From an uncultured Actinomycetota bacterium (lineage in GTDB: Bacteria; Actinomycetota; Actinomycetes; JACCUZ01), in NCBI GenBank assembly GCA_963757295.1, contig CAVWQZ010000012.1:73953-137952 (forward strand): a stretch of DNA of 64,000 nt. The letters are read 5' to 3'. Position numbers and translations under genes: made by a program. Under the pieces are notes generated by a model. The model did no database searches. It saw nothing but the letters and a program-made list of their open reading frames with translations, and was not told the DNA's origin. Positions 14,506 through 23,710 of the stretch are shown one piece after another (position 1 is the stretch's first letter; the number at the start of each line of letters is the position of its first letter).

Positions 14506-15310
14506 GTGCGCGTCGACGTCATCACGATCTTCCCCGACTACCTCGACCCGCTGACGCTGTCGCTGATCGGCAAGGCCCGCGCCGACGGGCTGCTGGACGT
14601 GCGGGTCCACGACCTGCGCCGCTGGACGGCCGACCGGCACCGCACCGTCGACGACACGCCGTACGGCGGTGGGGCCGGCATGGTGATGCGACCCGAGCCG
14701 TGGGGCGACGCGCTCGACGAGGTGGCTGCACCCGACGGGGCCGGCGCCGCGCCGCACCTGGTCGTCCCCACGCCCGCAGGCACCCCGTTCACCCAGGCGA
14801 TGGCGGCCGATCTCGCGCAGCAGCCGTGGCTGGTGTTCGCCTGCGGGCGCTACGAGGGGATCGACCACCGGGTGCTGGAGTCCAGCCGCGACGCGGATGC
14901 CGGTGACCGAGGTGTCGCTGGGCGACTACGTCCTGGGCGGCGGCGAGGTGGCTGCGCTCGTGGTCATCGAGGCGGTGGCCCGGCTGCTGCCGGGCGTGAT
15001 CGGCAACGCCGAGTCGCTCGTCGAGGAGTCGCACGCGGCGGGACTGCTGGAGGGCCCCGGCTACACCAAGCCGGTGTCCTGGCGCGGCCTGGACGTGCCC
15101 GACGTGCTGCTCTCCGGCGACCACGCCCGGATCGCCCGCTGGCGCCGCGAGCAGGCCTTGCGCCGCACCGCCGAGCGCCGGCCCGACCTGCTCGCAGCGC
15201 TGGACCCGGACACGCTCGACCGGCACGACATCGCGCTGCTGGCCGAGCTCGGCTGGAGCCTGCAGCCCAGCGGGCGATTGGGACTCACCGCACCGCCTGT
15301 GGCAGACTGA
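14506..15310 (+). CDS. trmD: tRNA (guanine37-N1)-methyltransferase TrmD (one frame break)
   Basis: Motifs [36 protein letters not shown], then [21 protein letters not shown] in track ORF 14897. Frame hand-off near 14895. Confidence 0.92.
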
Positions 15311-15412
15311 GCCGCTGTTGCCCCGGCCGATCCGGCGCCCCTGCCACAGGGGGAGCGCGAACCGCCCGGCTGGAGCCCGACAACCACCACATGACGTGGG
15401 TGACCTGTGGCA
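15296..15412 (+). promoter_or_regulatory. Repeated 9-10 nt element giving alternative pairings in the trmD-rplS spacer
   Basis: CCTGTGGCAG lies at 15296-15305 and CCTGTGGCA at 15404-12. The reverse complement CTGCCACAGG lies at 15341-15350. The middle copy can pair with either flank (10 bp or 9 bp). The downstream copy ends 20 nt before the rplS ATG. Confidence 0.35.
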
Positions 15413-15432
15413 CCGCGAGAGATGAGACCACG

Positions 15433-15792
15433 ATGCAGACGCTGGACGCCCTCGATGCCGCCTCGAAGCGCTCGGACATCCCCGTCTTCCGCCCCGGCGA
15501 CACCCTCAAGGTGCACGTCAAGGTCATCGAAGGAACTCGCTCGCGGATCCAGGTCTTCCAGGGCGTCGTCATCCGTCGCCAGGGCGGCGGCTCCCGCGAG
15601 ACCTTCACCGTCCGCAAGATCAGCTTCGGTGTCGGTGTCGAGCGGACCTTCCCCGTGCACACCCCGGTGATCGACAAGATCGAGGTCGTCACCAAGGGCG
15701 ACGTGCGCCGGGCCAAGCTCTACTACCTGCGTGACCTGCGCGGCAAGGCCGCCAAGATCAAGGAGCGCCGGGAAACCCCTGCCGGCCGTTGA
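15433..15792 (+). CDS. rplS: 50S ribosomal protein L19
   Basis: Starts [34 protein letters not shown] and includes [21 protein letters not shown]. It is embedded in-frame in track ORF 14506..15792. Confidence 0.95.
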   Translation: MQTLDALDAASKRSDIPVFRPGDTLKVHVKVIEGTRSRIQVFQGVVIRRQGGGSRETFTVRKISFGVGVERTFPVHTPVIDKIEVVTKGDVRRAKLYYLRDLRGKAAKIKERRETPAGR

Positions 15793-16619
15793 CCGATCAC
15801 CTGGGCCCGTCCTCGCCGGTTCGTGAGGACGCCCGCGACGAGCCGGGCCGGTCCCGCCGTACGTCGTGGTTCGAGCTCGTCCTGCTCGTCGCGCTGACGC
15901 TGGCCGTCGCCGGCCTGATCCGCACGTTCCTGGTGCAGCCGTTCTTCATCCCCTCGGAGTCGATGGAGAACACGCTGCGGGTCGGCGACCGGGTGCTCGT
16001 CGACAAGCTGTCCTACCGCTTCCATGACATCCACCGCGGCGACGTCGTGGTGTTCAACGGCCTGGACTCCTTCACGCCCGAGGTCCAGGTGGACGAGTCC
16101 AGCAACCCGGTCGTGCGCGGGCTGCGCTCGGTCGGTGCCGCGGTCGGCGTGGCCCCACCGGGCGAGAAGGACTTCATCAAGCGGGTGATCGGCGTCCCGG
16201 GTGACCGGGTGGTCTGCTGCGACGCCAAGGGCCGGGTGACGGTCAACGGGACGGCCCTCGACGAGGCCGAGTACGTCTTTCCCGGCAACGTCCCCTCCGA
16301 GGCGACGTTCGACGTCACCGTCCCGGCCGGGCGGCTCTGGGTGATGGGCGACCACCGCGAGGCCTCGGCCGACTCACGGGCCCACACCGGCGACCCGGGG
16401 GGCGGCACGGTGCCCGAGGACAAGGTCATCGGGCGCGCCTTCAGCGTCGTCTGGCCACCGGGCAACATGACCGGACTCGGCACGCCTGCGACTTTCGACC
16501 GGGTGGCTTCCCCCGTGGCGCAGGGCGGGTCTCCCGCGCCGTACGCTCTACTTCTCGGTGTCGTATCACCGTGCGTGATCCGACGCTGGCGCTCGGGGAC
16601 GGAAGGACTATCGCGATGA
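15789..16619 (+). CDS. lepB: Signal peptidase I (first copy)
   Basis: TM segment [18 protein letters not shown], catalytic [10 protein letters not shown], and the boxes [19 protein letters not shown] and [11 protein letters not shown]. Confidence 0.9.
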   Translation: MTDHLGPSSPVREDARDEPGRSRRTSWFELVLLVALTLAVAGLIRTFLVQPFFIPSESMENTLRVGDRVLVDKLSYRFHDIHRGDVVVFNGLDSFTPEVQVDESSNPVVRGLRSVGAAVGVAPPGEKDFIKRVIGVPGDRVVCCDAKGRVTVNGTALDEAEYVFPGNVPSEATFDVTVPAGRLWVMGDHREASADSRAHTGDPGGGTVPEDKVIGRAFSVVWPPGNMTGLGTPATFDRVASPVAQGGSPAPYALLLGVVSPCVIRRWRSGTEGLSR

Positions 16620-17473
16620 CCACCGAGGACGGTGCGCGGCCGCCTGCCTTCCCCGCTTCCCCCGCTCGGACCGAGACCACCCCCGTCGACGTCCGCCGAC
16701 CGACCGCCCGGCGCCGGCCGAGCCGCCGCCGCCGGTCGACCCGCCGCCCCCCGCCGAAGGCCGAGGCACCGCGGCCGGGCAAGCCGCAGCGCGCCCGCCC
16801 GCGCCGCTCGTTCCTGCGCGAGCTGCCCGGGATCGTCATCACGGCCCTGGTGATCTCGGTCCTCATCAAGACCTTCCTGGTGCAGGCGTTCTACATCCCG
16901 TCCGGGTCGATGGAGAACACGCTGCTGGTCAACGACCGGGTCCTGGTCAACAAGCTGACCGACAAGCCCGACGAGATCCACCGCGGCGACGTCGTGGTGT
17001 TCCGCGACCCCGGCGGCTGGCTGGCCGGCAACGGTGAGTCCGCAGTCGACGACGGCGGGGTCAGGGGAGCGGTCCGCGACGCGCTGGTCTTCATCGGCCT
17101 GGCGCCGGCCGTGAGCGAGGAAGACCTGATCAAGAGGGTCATCGGCGTCGGCGGCGACCACGTGGTCGGCAAGGGCAACCGGGTGAGCGTCAACGACGTG
17201 GAGCTGGCCGAGACCTACATCTTCCCCGGCGACCAGCCCACCGAGCAGGACTTCGACGTGACCGTCCCGGAGGGCAGCCTCTGGGTCATGGGCGACCACC
17301 GGTCGGTCTCCGAGGACTCCCGGGCCCATCAGGACCTGCCCGGCAAGGGCTTCGTGCCGGTCGACGACGTGATCGGGCGCGCTTTCACGATCGTCTGGCC
17401 CCTCGACCGCAGCCAGCTCCTGCGCGCTCCGGACACGTTCGACCAGCCAGGGCTGCAGCAGTCAGGGGGCTGA
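16616..17473 (+). CDS. lepB: Signal peptidase I (second copy)
   Basis: ATGA overlap with the upstream stop, with GGAAGGA 16601-16607. Pro/Arg-rich N-terminus and a TM segment. Boxes IPSGSMENTL, LIKRVIGVGGD and GDHRSVSEDSR. GTG 16571 is an alternative start. Confidence 0.88.
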   Translation: MTTEDGARPPAFPASPARTETTPVDVRRPTARRRPSRRRRSTRRPPPKAEAPRPGKPQRARPRRSFLRELPGIVITALVISVLIKTFLVQAFYIPSGSMENTLLVNDRVLVNKLTDKPDEIHRGDVVVFRDPGGWLAGNGESAVDDGGVRGAVRDALVFIGLAPAVSEEDLIKRVIGVGGDHVVGKGNRVSVNDVELAETYIFPGDQPTEQDFDVTVPEGSLWVMGDHRSVSEDSRAHQDLPGKGFVPVDDVIGRAFTIVWPLDRSQLLRAPDTFDQPGLQQSGG

Positions 17474-17493
17474 CCCGTCGTAGGGTCGGGGGC

Positions 17494-18265
17494 ATGACCG
17501 CCCCTCGGATCGTCGTCCGCCGGGACAGCGGCCTCTACGCCTACGAGCGGGCCCTGCGCCGGGCCGGGCTCACCCCCGTCGCCGGCGTCGACGAGGCCGG
17601 CCGGGGCGCCTGCGCCGGGCCGCTGGTCATCGCCGCGGTCGTGCTGCCCGAGGGCAAGCGCGGGCAGGTGCCCGGCCTGGCCGACTCCAAGCTGCTCACG
17701 GCGGCGGCGCGCGAGCGCGTGTACGCCGAGGTGGTGCGCCGGGCCGTGTCCTGGTCGGCCGTCGTGGTCCCGCCCGGTGAGGTCGACCGGATCGGGCTGC
17801 ACGTGTGCAACGTCGAGGGCATGCGGCGGGCCCTGTGCCGGCTCGAGCTCGCCCCGGCGTACGTGCTGACCGACGGGTTCCCGGTGGCGGGTCTGCCCGC
17901 ACCCGGCCTCGCCGTGTGGAAGGGCGACCGCGTGAGCGCCTCGATCGCTGCGGCGTCGGTGGTCGCGAAGGTCACCCGGGACCGGCTGATGACCGAGCTG
18001 CACGAGCAGCACCCGCGCTATGACTTCGCGGTGCACAAGGGCTACGTCACGCCGGAGCACAACTCCGCGCTCGACCGGCACGGACCCTGCGCCGAGCACC
18101 GCTTCTCCTACGTGAACGTTGCGCGCCGGTGCCGCGACGACGTGCGGATCCCGGCCCGGACGCTCGCGCGGCATCGACAGCGCCGACGACGACCTCGACG
18201 AGGTCGTCGCGGTCGACAACCCAGCCGACCTGGTGGACCTGACCGAGGAGGCGGTGTTCGCATGA
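17494..18265 (+). CDS. rnhB: Ribonuclease HII (3' end ambiguous)
   Basis: Motifs GVDEAGRGACAGPLVIAAV, DSKLL and ASVVAKVTRD. The track ORF reads through into the next gene. An alternative frame gives an acidic tail GIDSADDDLDEVVAVDNPADLVDLTEEAVFA-stop, ending in an ATGA overlap at 18262-18265. Confidence 0.85.
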
Positions 18266-18582
18266 GTGCCGAAGACCTCGAGAAGTACGAGTCCGAGATG
18301 GAGCTGCAGCTCTACCGGGAGTACCGCGACGTCGTGGGACTGTTCGCCTACGTCGTCGAGACCGACCGCAGGTTCTACCTCACCAACAGCGTCGACGTGC
18401 AGCCGCGGTCGACCGAGGGTGGCGAGGTCTACTTCGAGGTCGTGATGGCCGACGCATGGGTGTGGGACATGTACCGGCCGGCGCGGTTCGTCAAGAACGT
18501 GCGGGTGCTGACGTTCAAGGACGTCAACGTCGAAGAGCTGGCCAAGACCGACATCGAGCTGCCCAAGGACTCGGGCTTCTAG
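18262..18582 (+). CDS. DUF2469-family conserved actinobacterial protein
   Basis: Starts MSAEDLEKYESEMELQLYREYRDVVGLFAYVVETDRRFYLTN. It occupies the conserved position after rnhB. Confidence 0.85.
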   Translation: MSAEDLEKYESEMELQLYREYRDVVGLFAYVVETDRRFYLTNSVDVQPRSTEGGEVYFEVVMADAWVWDMYRPARFVKNVRVLTFKDVNVEELAKTDIELPKDSGF

Positions 18583-18589
18583 GGGATTC

Positions 18590-19160
18590 GTGGACGACGC
18601 ACAGCTGGCGACGCAGGCCCGCTTCTGGGTCACCCAGAAGATCACCCTGATGGTCAACCGCTACACCGTGGCCGCCGCCTTGCCCGATGGCTCCATCGGC
18701 GAGGAGGTCTGCGTTCGTCGAGCAGAAGCGGATGGCGTTCAAGGAGGAGGTCACGTTCCACCGCAACGGCGTCCCCTTCTTCCGGTTCAAGGCGCGACGG
18801 GTGATGGACCTGTCAGGGACGTACGACGTGACCACCATCGACGGCGCGCCGATCGGGTTGTTCCGCAAGGACTTCGGCAAGTCGCTGCTCCGCTCGACCT
18901 GGCATCTCGAGCAGCCGGGTGCGGTGGAGGCGACAGGTCAGGAGCGGAGTCTGCTGGTTGCGATCCTGCGTCGTGCGCAGGACACCATCCCGCTGCCGGT
19001 CCACTTCGACTTCGCGGCGGCCGACGGTCATCCGGTCATGTCGCTGACGCGCACGATGGCGCTGCGGGACAGGTACTTCCTCGAGGTGCACGACCCGGCG
19101 CTCGACCGCCGGCTCGCGATCGCGATGGCGGTTGCACTGGACGCTCTGCAGTCCCGCTGA
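18590..19160 (+). CDS. LOR / scramblase-like (tubby C-terminal-like) protein (one frame break)
   Basis: FWVTQKITLMVNRYTVAAALPDGSIGEEVC (frame of ORF 18590) joins FVEQKRMAFKEEVTFHRNG...FRFKARRVMDLSGTYDVTTIDGAPIGLFRKDFGKSLLRSTW (ORF 18687) near 18712. The repeated beta-strand pattern resembles LURP-one/scramblase proteins. Confidence 0.6.
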
Positions 19161-19171
19161 GCGACGTCACC

Positions 19172-20101
19172 GTGACCGGATCAGTCGCCGACTGCCGTTC
19201 CGAGCGGACCGGCCGGTTGACCGCGCAACGATGGGTCCCCGTGGCTGCTTTCGTTCTGTTCGTCGTCGGTCTCTGGGCGGCGAGCTCGTACGTCGCCGGC
19301 CTCCCGGTCGCCGACCGGTTCGACGGCGTCGTGCTCTTCGACATGTGGGCCGGTCTGTTCGGGGCACTCGTGGGCTTCGCTCTGGCCTCGTGCCTCTACG
19401 CGGCCGTCTGGCTGAGCGGACTGCTCGCTCTGTGCGACCGGGTGCGAGCGGGGGTCGTCGCGGCTTGGTTCGGGACCGTGCTGGTCGTCCTCTCCACGGT
19501 GTTCGCGTTGCTGTTCGCCGGCGGCGCCAACGCGGTTGACTCGGTCGACAAGTCCTTGGCGATCCAGTCGCGCCCCCTCATCGTCGTGGCCGCACTGCTC
19601 CAGGTCCCCGGTCTGGCTGCCTTCCTGGCACTGCGGTTCATCGCCACCGAGGAAGCGCACTGGGGCGAGTCAGGCCCATGCAGGCTTCGCCTCGTCCTGC
19701 GGTTGCGGAAGGAGCTGCGGCGCCTGCTCGCCATGTTCGGCGCCTTCCTCACCCTGCTGGTCATCACGACCGGGCTGCGGCGCCGCGCCTTGGTGGAGCT
19801 CGATCCGGGTTTCGTGCTGCCGGCCGAACAGGTGCTCCTGTACGGCTTGGTCTTCGCCGTCCTGCTGGGCCTGTTCTACGTCGTGGCCGCGGGTGCCATC
19901 GACCGGAGGGCCGAGGGGTTGCTCGACGAGTTCGCGCCGCTGCCCGATCCAGCCGACGCGGCGCTGTCCGACGTGCTCCGTCGGCGCACTGACCTCTCCT
20001 CCCTGACTGGCGGCGGCGGGTCATGGCGCACGTTCGAGACGACCGTGGTGATCGCAGCGCCGCTGCTCACCGCCTTGATCGGTAGTGCCATCGGCAGCTG
20101 A
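19172..20101 (+). CDS. Polytopic membrane protein, unknown function
   Basis: Downstream part of track ORF 18590..20101. It has about 6 hydrophobic helices (for example VPVAAFVLFVVGLWAASSYVAGL, LFGALVGFALASCLYAAVWLSGLLAL, LLYGLVFAVLLGLFYVVAAGAI). GTG 19172 lies 12 nt after the upstream stop. Confidence 0.55.
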   Translation: MTGSVADCRSERTGRLTAQRWVPVAAFVLFVVGLWAASSYVAGLPVADRFDGVVLFDMWAGLFGALVGFALASCLYAAVWLSGLLALCDRVRAGVVAAWFGTVLVVLSTVFALLFAGGANAVDSVDKSLAIQSRPLIVVAALLQVPGLAAFLALRFIATEEAHWGESGPCRLRLVLRLRKELRRLLAMFGAFLTLLVITTGLRRRALVELDPGFVLPAEQVLLYGLVFAVLLGLFYVVAAGAIDRRAEGLLDEFAPLPDPADAALSDVLRRRTDLSSLTGGGGSWRTFETTVVIAAPLLTALIGSAIGS

Positions 20102-20108
20102 GAGCCAC

Positions 20109-20134
20109 GTTGTGGACAACCCGTGCCTGTCCAC
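20109..20134. promoter_or_regulatory. Inverted pair of DnaA-box-like 9-mers upstream of yraN
   Basis: TTGTGGACAA (20109-20118) is the reverse complement of TTGTCCACAA. CTGTCCACA lies at 20126-20134. The actinobacterial DnaA-box consensus is TTGTCCACA. The pair sits about 70 nt upstream of the yraN start. Confidence 0.35.
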
Positions 20135-20200
20135 AGATGGCGCTGCAGCTGCTCGTCGTACGGCGTGGTGCCGGAAGCGTTGCCGGCGGAGGTGGTGCCG

Positions 20201-20557
20201 GTGCTCGCCAAGGACGGCTTGGGTCAGTACGGCGAGAACGTCGCCGTCGCACACCTGCGCGACGCCGGGCTGACCATTCTCGACCGCAACTGGCGCTGCG
20301 ACATCGGTGAGATCGACATCGTCGCCCGTGACGGCGACGTCCTGGTCGTCTGCGAGGTCAAGACCCGGTCGAGCACCGGGTTCGGTGCACCTCTGGAGGG
20401 CGTCACGGCCCGCAAGGCCGCCCGGCTGCGGCGGCTCGCGGCCCGATGGGTGTGCGAGCGACAGGTGCATCCGCCGGACATCCGCATCGACCTGGTCGGC
20501 GTGCTGCAGACCGGTCGCGGTGCCGCTGAGGTCGAGCACGTCCGCGGGGTGATGTGA
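20201..20557 (+). CDS. yraN: YraN-family (UPF0102) endonuclease-like protein
   Basis: Reads [55 protein letters not shown] lies 9 nt before GTG 20201. The track ORF starts at 20123. Confidence 0.85.
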   Translation: MLAKDGLGQYGENVAVAHLRDAGLTILDRNWRCDIGEIDIVARDGDVLVVCEVKTRSSTGFGAPLEGVTARKAARLRRLAARWVCERQVHPPDIRIDLVGVLQTGRGAAEVEHVRGVM

Positions 20558-20558
20558 C

Positions 20559-22135
20559 GTGCCGCTGGCACGGACGCGGGCGGTGACCCTCGTCGGGGTC
20601 CAGGGTCACCTCGTCGAGGTCGAGGCCGACCTGGGGCAGGGGGTCCCGTCCTTCTCGTTGGTGGGGCTGCCCGACACGTCGCTGTCCGAGTCGCGCGACC
20701 GGGTCCGCGCCGCGGTGCTCAACAGCGGCCAGCCCTGGCCCGCGACCCGACGGATCACCATCAACCTGTCGCCGGCCAGCCTGCCCAAGCGCGGATCGAG
20801 CTTCGACCTCGCCATCGCCGCTGCGGTGCTGGCCGCGCAGTCGGCCGTCCCCGCGGGTGTGTTCGACCGGGCCGTGCTGCTCGGGGAGCTGGGGCTGGAC
20901 GGCCGGGCGCGTCCGGTGCGCGGGGTCCTGCCGGCCGTGGCTGCGGCCGCGGCGGCGGGTGTCGAGAGCGTGGTGGTCCCGGCCGCCAACGCCGCCGAGG
21001 CGCGGCTGGTGCCCGGCCTGCGGGTCACGGGAGTCCGGTCGCTGCGCGAGCTGGTCGCGCTGGCCCGGTCCGAGCCGTTGCCGGAGGAGGCCTTCGACGA
21101 ACGACGACGAGGCGACCGGCCCGGCGGCGACCGGTGGTGATGCTGAGGACAGCCCGGTGCCGTCCGCCGAGCCCGACCTGCGCGACGTGCTCGGGCAGGC
21201 GACCGCGCGGTTCGCGATGGAGGTCGCCGCGGCCGGGGGACACCACGTGCTCATGCTCGGTCCGCCGGGAGCCGGCAAGACGATGCTCGCCGAGCGGCTG
21301 CCCGGTCTGCTCCCGCCGCTGGACTCCGCCGCCGCGCTCGAGGTCACCGCCGTGCACTCGGTCGCCGGCACCCTGCCGCCGGAGACGCCGTTGGTGACCC
21401 GGCCGCCGTTCCAGGCGCCCCATCACAACGCGTCGGTGCCGGCGATCGTCGGCGGCGGCTCCAGCCAGGTGCGTCCCGGCGCGGCCTCGCTGGCCCACCG
21501 CGGAGTGCTCTTCCTCGACGAGGCACCCGAGTTCGCACCCGCGGTGCTCGACGCGCTCCGCCAGCCGCTCGAGTCGGGCGAGATCACCGTGTCGCGGCTG
21601 GTCGCGCAGGTCCGGTTCCCGGCCCGCTTCCAGCTCGTCCTCGCCGCCAACCCCTGTCCGTGCGGCCTGGCGGTGGGCAAGGGCACCGACTGCCGCTGCT
21701 CGCCGATGGCCAAGCTGCGCTACCTCGGGCGGCTGTCCGGCCCGCTGCTCGACCGGGTCGACCTGAGCCTCGAGATGCTCGCCGCCACCCGAGCCGAGCT
21801 CCGCGAGGACAGCGCCCACGTCGAGGACACCGCGACCGTGGCGGCGCGGGTGGTGGCGGCCCGGGAGCGGATGGCGGCCCGGTTGGCCGCCACCCCGTGG
21901 CGGGCGAACGCCGAGGTGCCGGGCCACGTCCTGCGCCGGCACTGGCCGCTGCCGTGGGGCGTCGTCGCGGCCGCCGAGCAGGAGCTGGACCGCGGCGGGC
22001 TCACCGCGCGCGGCGTCGACCGGGTGCTGCGGGTCGCGCTGGACCCTGTGCGACCTGGCCGGCCGGGAGCGGCCCGACGCCGGGGACGTGCACGTCGCCC
22101 TGCAGTTCCGCGGGGTCCGGCGGTGGGCCGCATGA
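20559..22135 (+). CDS. yifB: YifB/ComM-family Mg-chelatase-like AAA+ ATPase (two frame breaks)
   Basis: Lon-protease-like N domain (GLPDTSLSESRDRV, KRGSSFDLAIAAAVL), Walker A GPPGAGKTML, Walker B GVLFLDEAPEF, and CPCG...CRC. Frame hand-offs near 21100 and 22039. The corrected tail is WTLCDLAGRERPDAGDVHVALQFRG. Confidence 0.9.
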
Positions 22136-22150
22136 CCGAGGTCGACCGAG

Positions 22151-23252
22151 GTGCGGGCGCGGGCCGCACTGTCGCGGCTGTCCGAGCCGGACGACGCGGA
22201 GCTGGGTCGCTGCCTCGACGCCTGGGGACCTGAGCAGGTGCTCGCGCAGATCCGGGCGGGCACGCTGCCGAGCAACCGGCTCGCGCGCTACCAGGCCCGG
22301 CTGCCGGGGCACGACGTCGACGCCGACCTGGCCATGGCGGCGGCCGTCGGGGCGCGGGTGGTCGTGCCGGGAGCAGCCCGAGTGGCCCGTCGCCCTCGAC
22401 GACCTCGGCCTGAGGCGACCGGTCGCGCTGTGGGTGCGCGGCGACGGCGACCTGGCGCGGCTGACCCGGCGCGCGGTCTCCGTCGTGGGCGCGCGGGCGT
22501 GCACGTCGTACGGCGAGCACGTCGCCGCGGACATCGGCGCCGGTCTGGGCGACCGCGGCTGGACGGTCGTGTCGGGAGCGGCGTTCGGCATCGACGCCGC
22601 GGCGCACCGGGGCGCGCTGGCCGTCGAGGGCGCCACCGTGGCGGTCCTCGCGTGCGGTGTCGACCTGGCCTACCCCAGCGCACACGAGCAGCTGCTGGCG
22701 CGGGTGCAGGAGGCCGGCGTCGTGGTGAGCGAGCTGCCGCCGGGGTGCCGGCCGAGCAAGCCGCGCTTCCTCACCCGCAACCGCCTGATCGCGGCGCTGG
22801 GGCGCGGCACCGTCGTGGTCGAGGCCGCGCTGCGCAGCGGAGCCGCGAACACCGCGGGTCAGGCCGTCGACCTGTCCCGTGAGCTGATGGCGGTGCCGGG
22901 TCCGGTCACCTCGGCGATGTCGGCGGGTTGCCACGAGCTGATGCGCACCAAGGACGCCCGCCTGGTGACCGATGCCGCCGACGTGCTCGACATCGTGGGG
23001 GAGCTCGGTGTCGACGACTCGCCGCTGCGCCGTGGTGCGGCGCTGCCGCACGACGACCTCGACGAGCTGCACCTCCGGGTGCTCGAGGGGCTGCCCGTCG
23101 TGCGCGCGGCCGGACCGGCCAGTGTGGCCAGGGTCGCCGGCGTCGACATCCCGTCGGTGCTGCGCTGCCTCGGCCTGCTGTCCGCGCGGGGACTGGCCGA
23201 GACCGTCGACGGGGGGTGGCGCAAGGTGCGCGTCCGGCGCGCTGGTTCGTGA
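22151..23252 (+). CDS. dprA: DNA processing protein DprA (one frame break)
   Basis: Motifs VSVVGARACTSYG, GAAFGIDAAAHRGAL and FLTRNRLIAAL, with a C-terminal winged-helix-like tail. Frame hand-off near 22372 (track ORFs 22151 and 21660). Confidence 0.9.
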
Positions 23253-23400
23253 CTCGCGAGAAGCGGCGTCCGAGCGCTGCCAGAGGTTTTCGGAGCGGGC
23301 CCACGAGTTTTCCGGTTTGCGGTGCTTCAGGTCGGTAGGCCCGGGTACGCGATTCTGTAGCAGGGAGCACCCGGCTCCTTCTTGACCGCACGGAGGACCC

Positions 23401-23613
23401 ATGTCCGAGCAGACGCCCCAGCGGCTCAGCGACGAGCAGGTCGACGAGCTCACCAGCGAGGAGCTGCCCGACCGCGAGCAGATGTCCCTGATCAACGCCC
23501 AGGTCGCCGCACCCATCGACGCGGCCGTGGCCGCCAACGTCCTCGCGGACCACTCGACCGCGGACGCCGAGAACGGCCCCGACGCGCCGATCGACCAGAC
23601 CGTCAGGCACTGA
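23401..23613 (+). CDS. Small acidic peptide (70 aa), precursor-like, no recognised family
   Basis: ACGGAGGACCC-ATG provides a strong RBS. Nearly every third codon position is G/C. The sequence is MSEQTPQRLSDEQVDELTSEELPDREQMSLINAQVAAPIDAAVAANVLADHSTADAENGPDAPIDQTVRH. The N-terminal half is acidic, and the Ala/Val/Asn core carries APID twice. A 16-bp stem-loop follows. Confidence 0.65.
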   Translation: MSEQTPQRLSDEQVDELTSEELPDREQMSLINAQVAAPIDAAVAANVLADHSTADAENGPDAPIDQTVRH

Positions 23614-23649
23614 CCGGCGAGGTCTGTCAGAACCCGGTTCTCTCCTGAT

Positions 23650-23686
23650 CGCTGCGGGGCCTGGCAACATGCCGGGCCCCGCAGCG
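23650..23686 (+). terminator. Intercistronic stem-loop (attenuator/terminator-like, no U-tract)
   Basis: CGCTGCGGGGCCTGGC (23650-23665), loop AACAT, GCCGGGCCCCGCAGCG (23671-23686). That is 16 pairs including one G-U. It starts 37 nt after the peptide stop and ends 25 nt before the protease ATG. Confidence 0.5.
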
Positions 23687-23710
23687 TCACCCTCCCCGGA
23701 GGAGCGTCCG

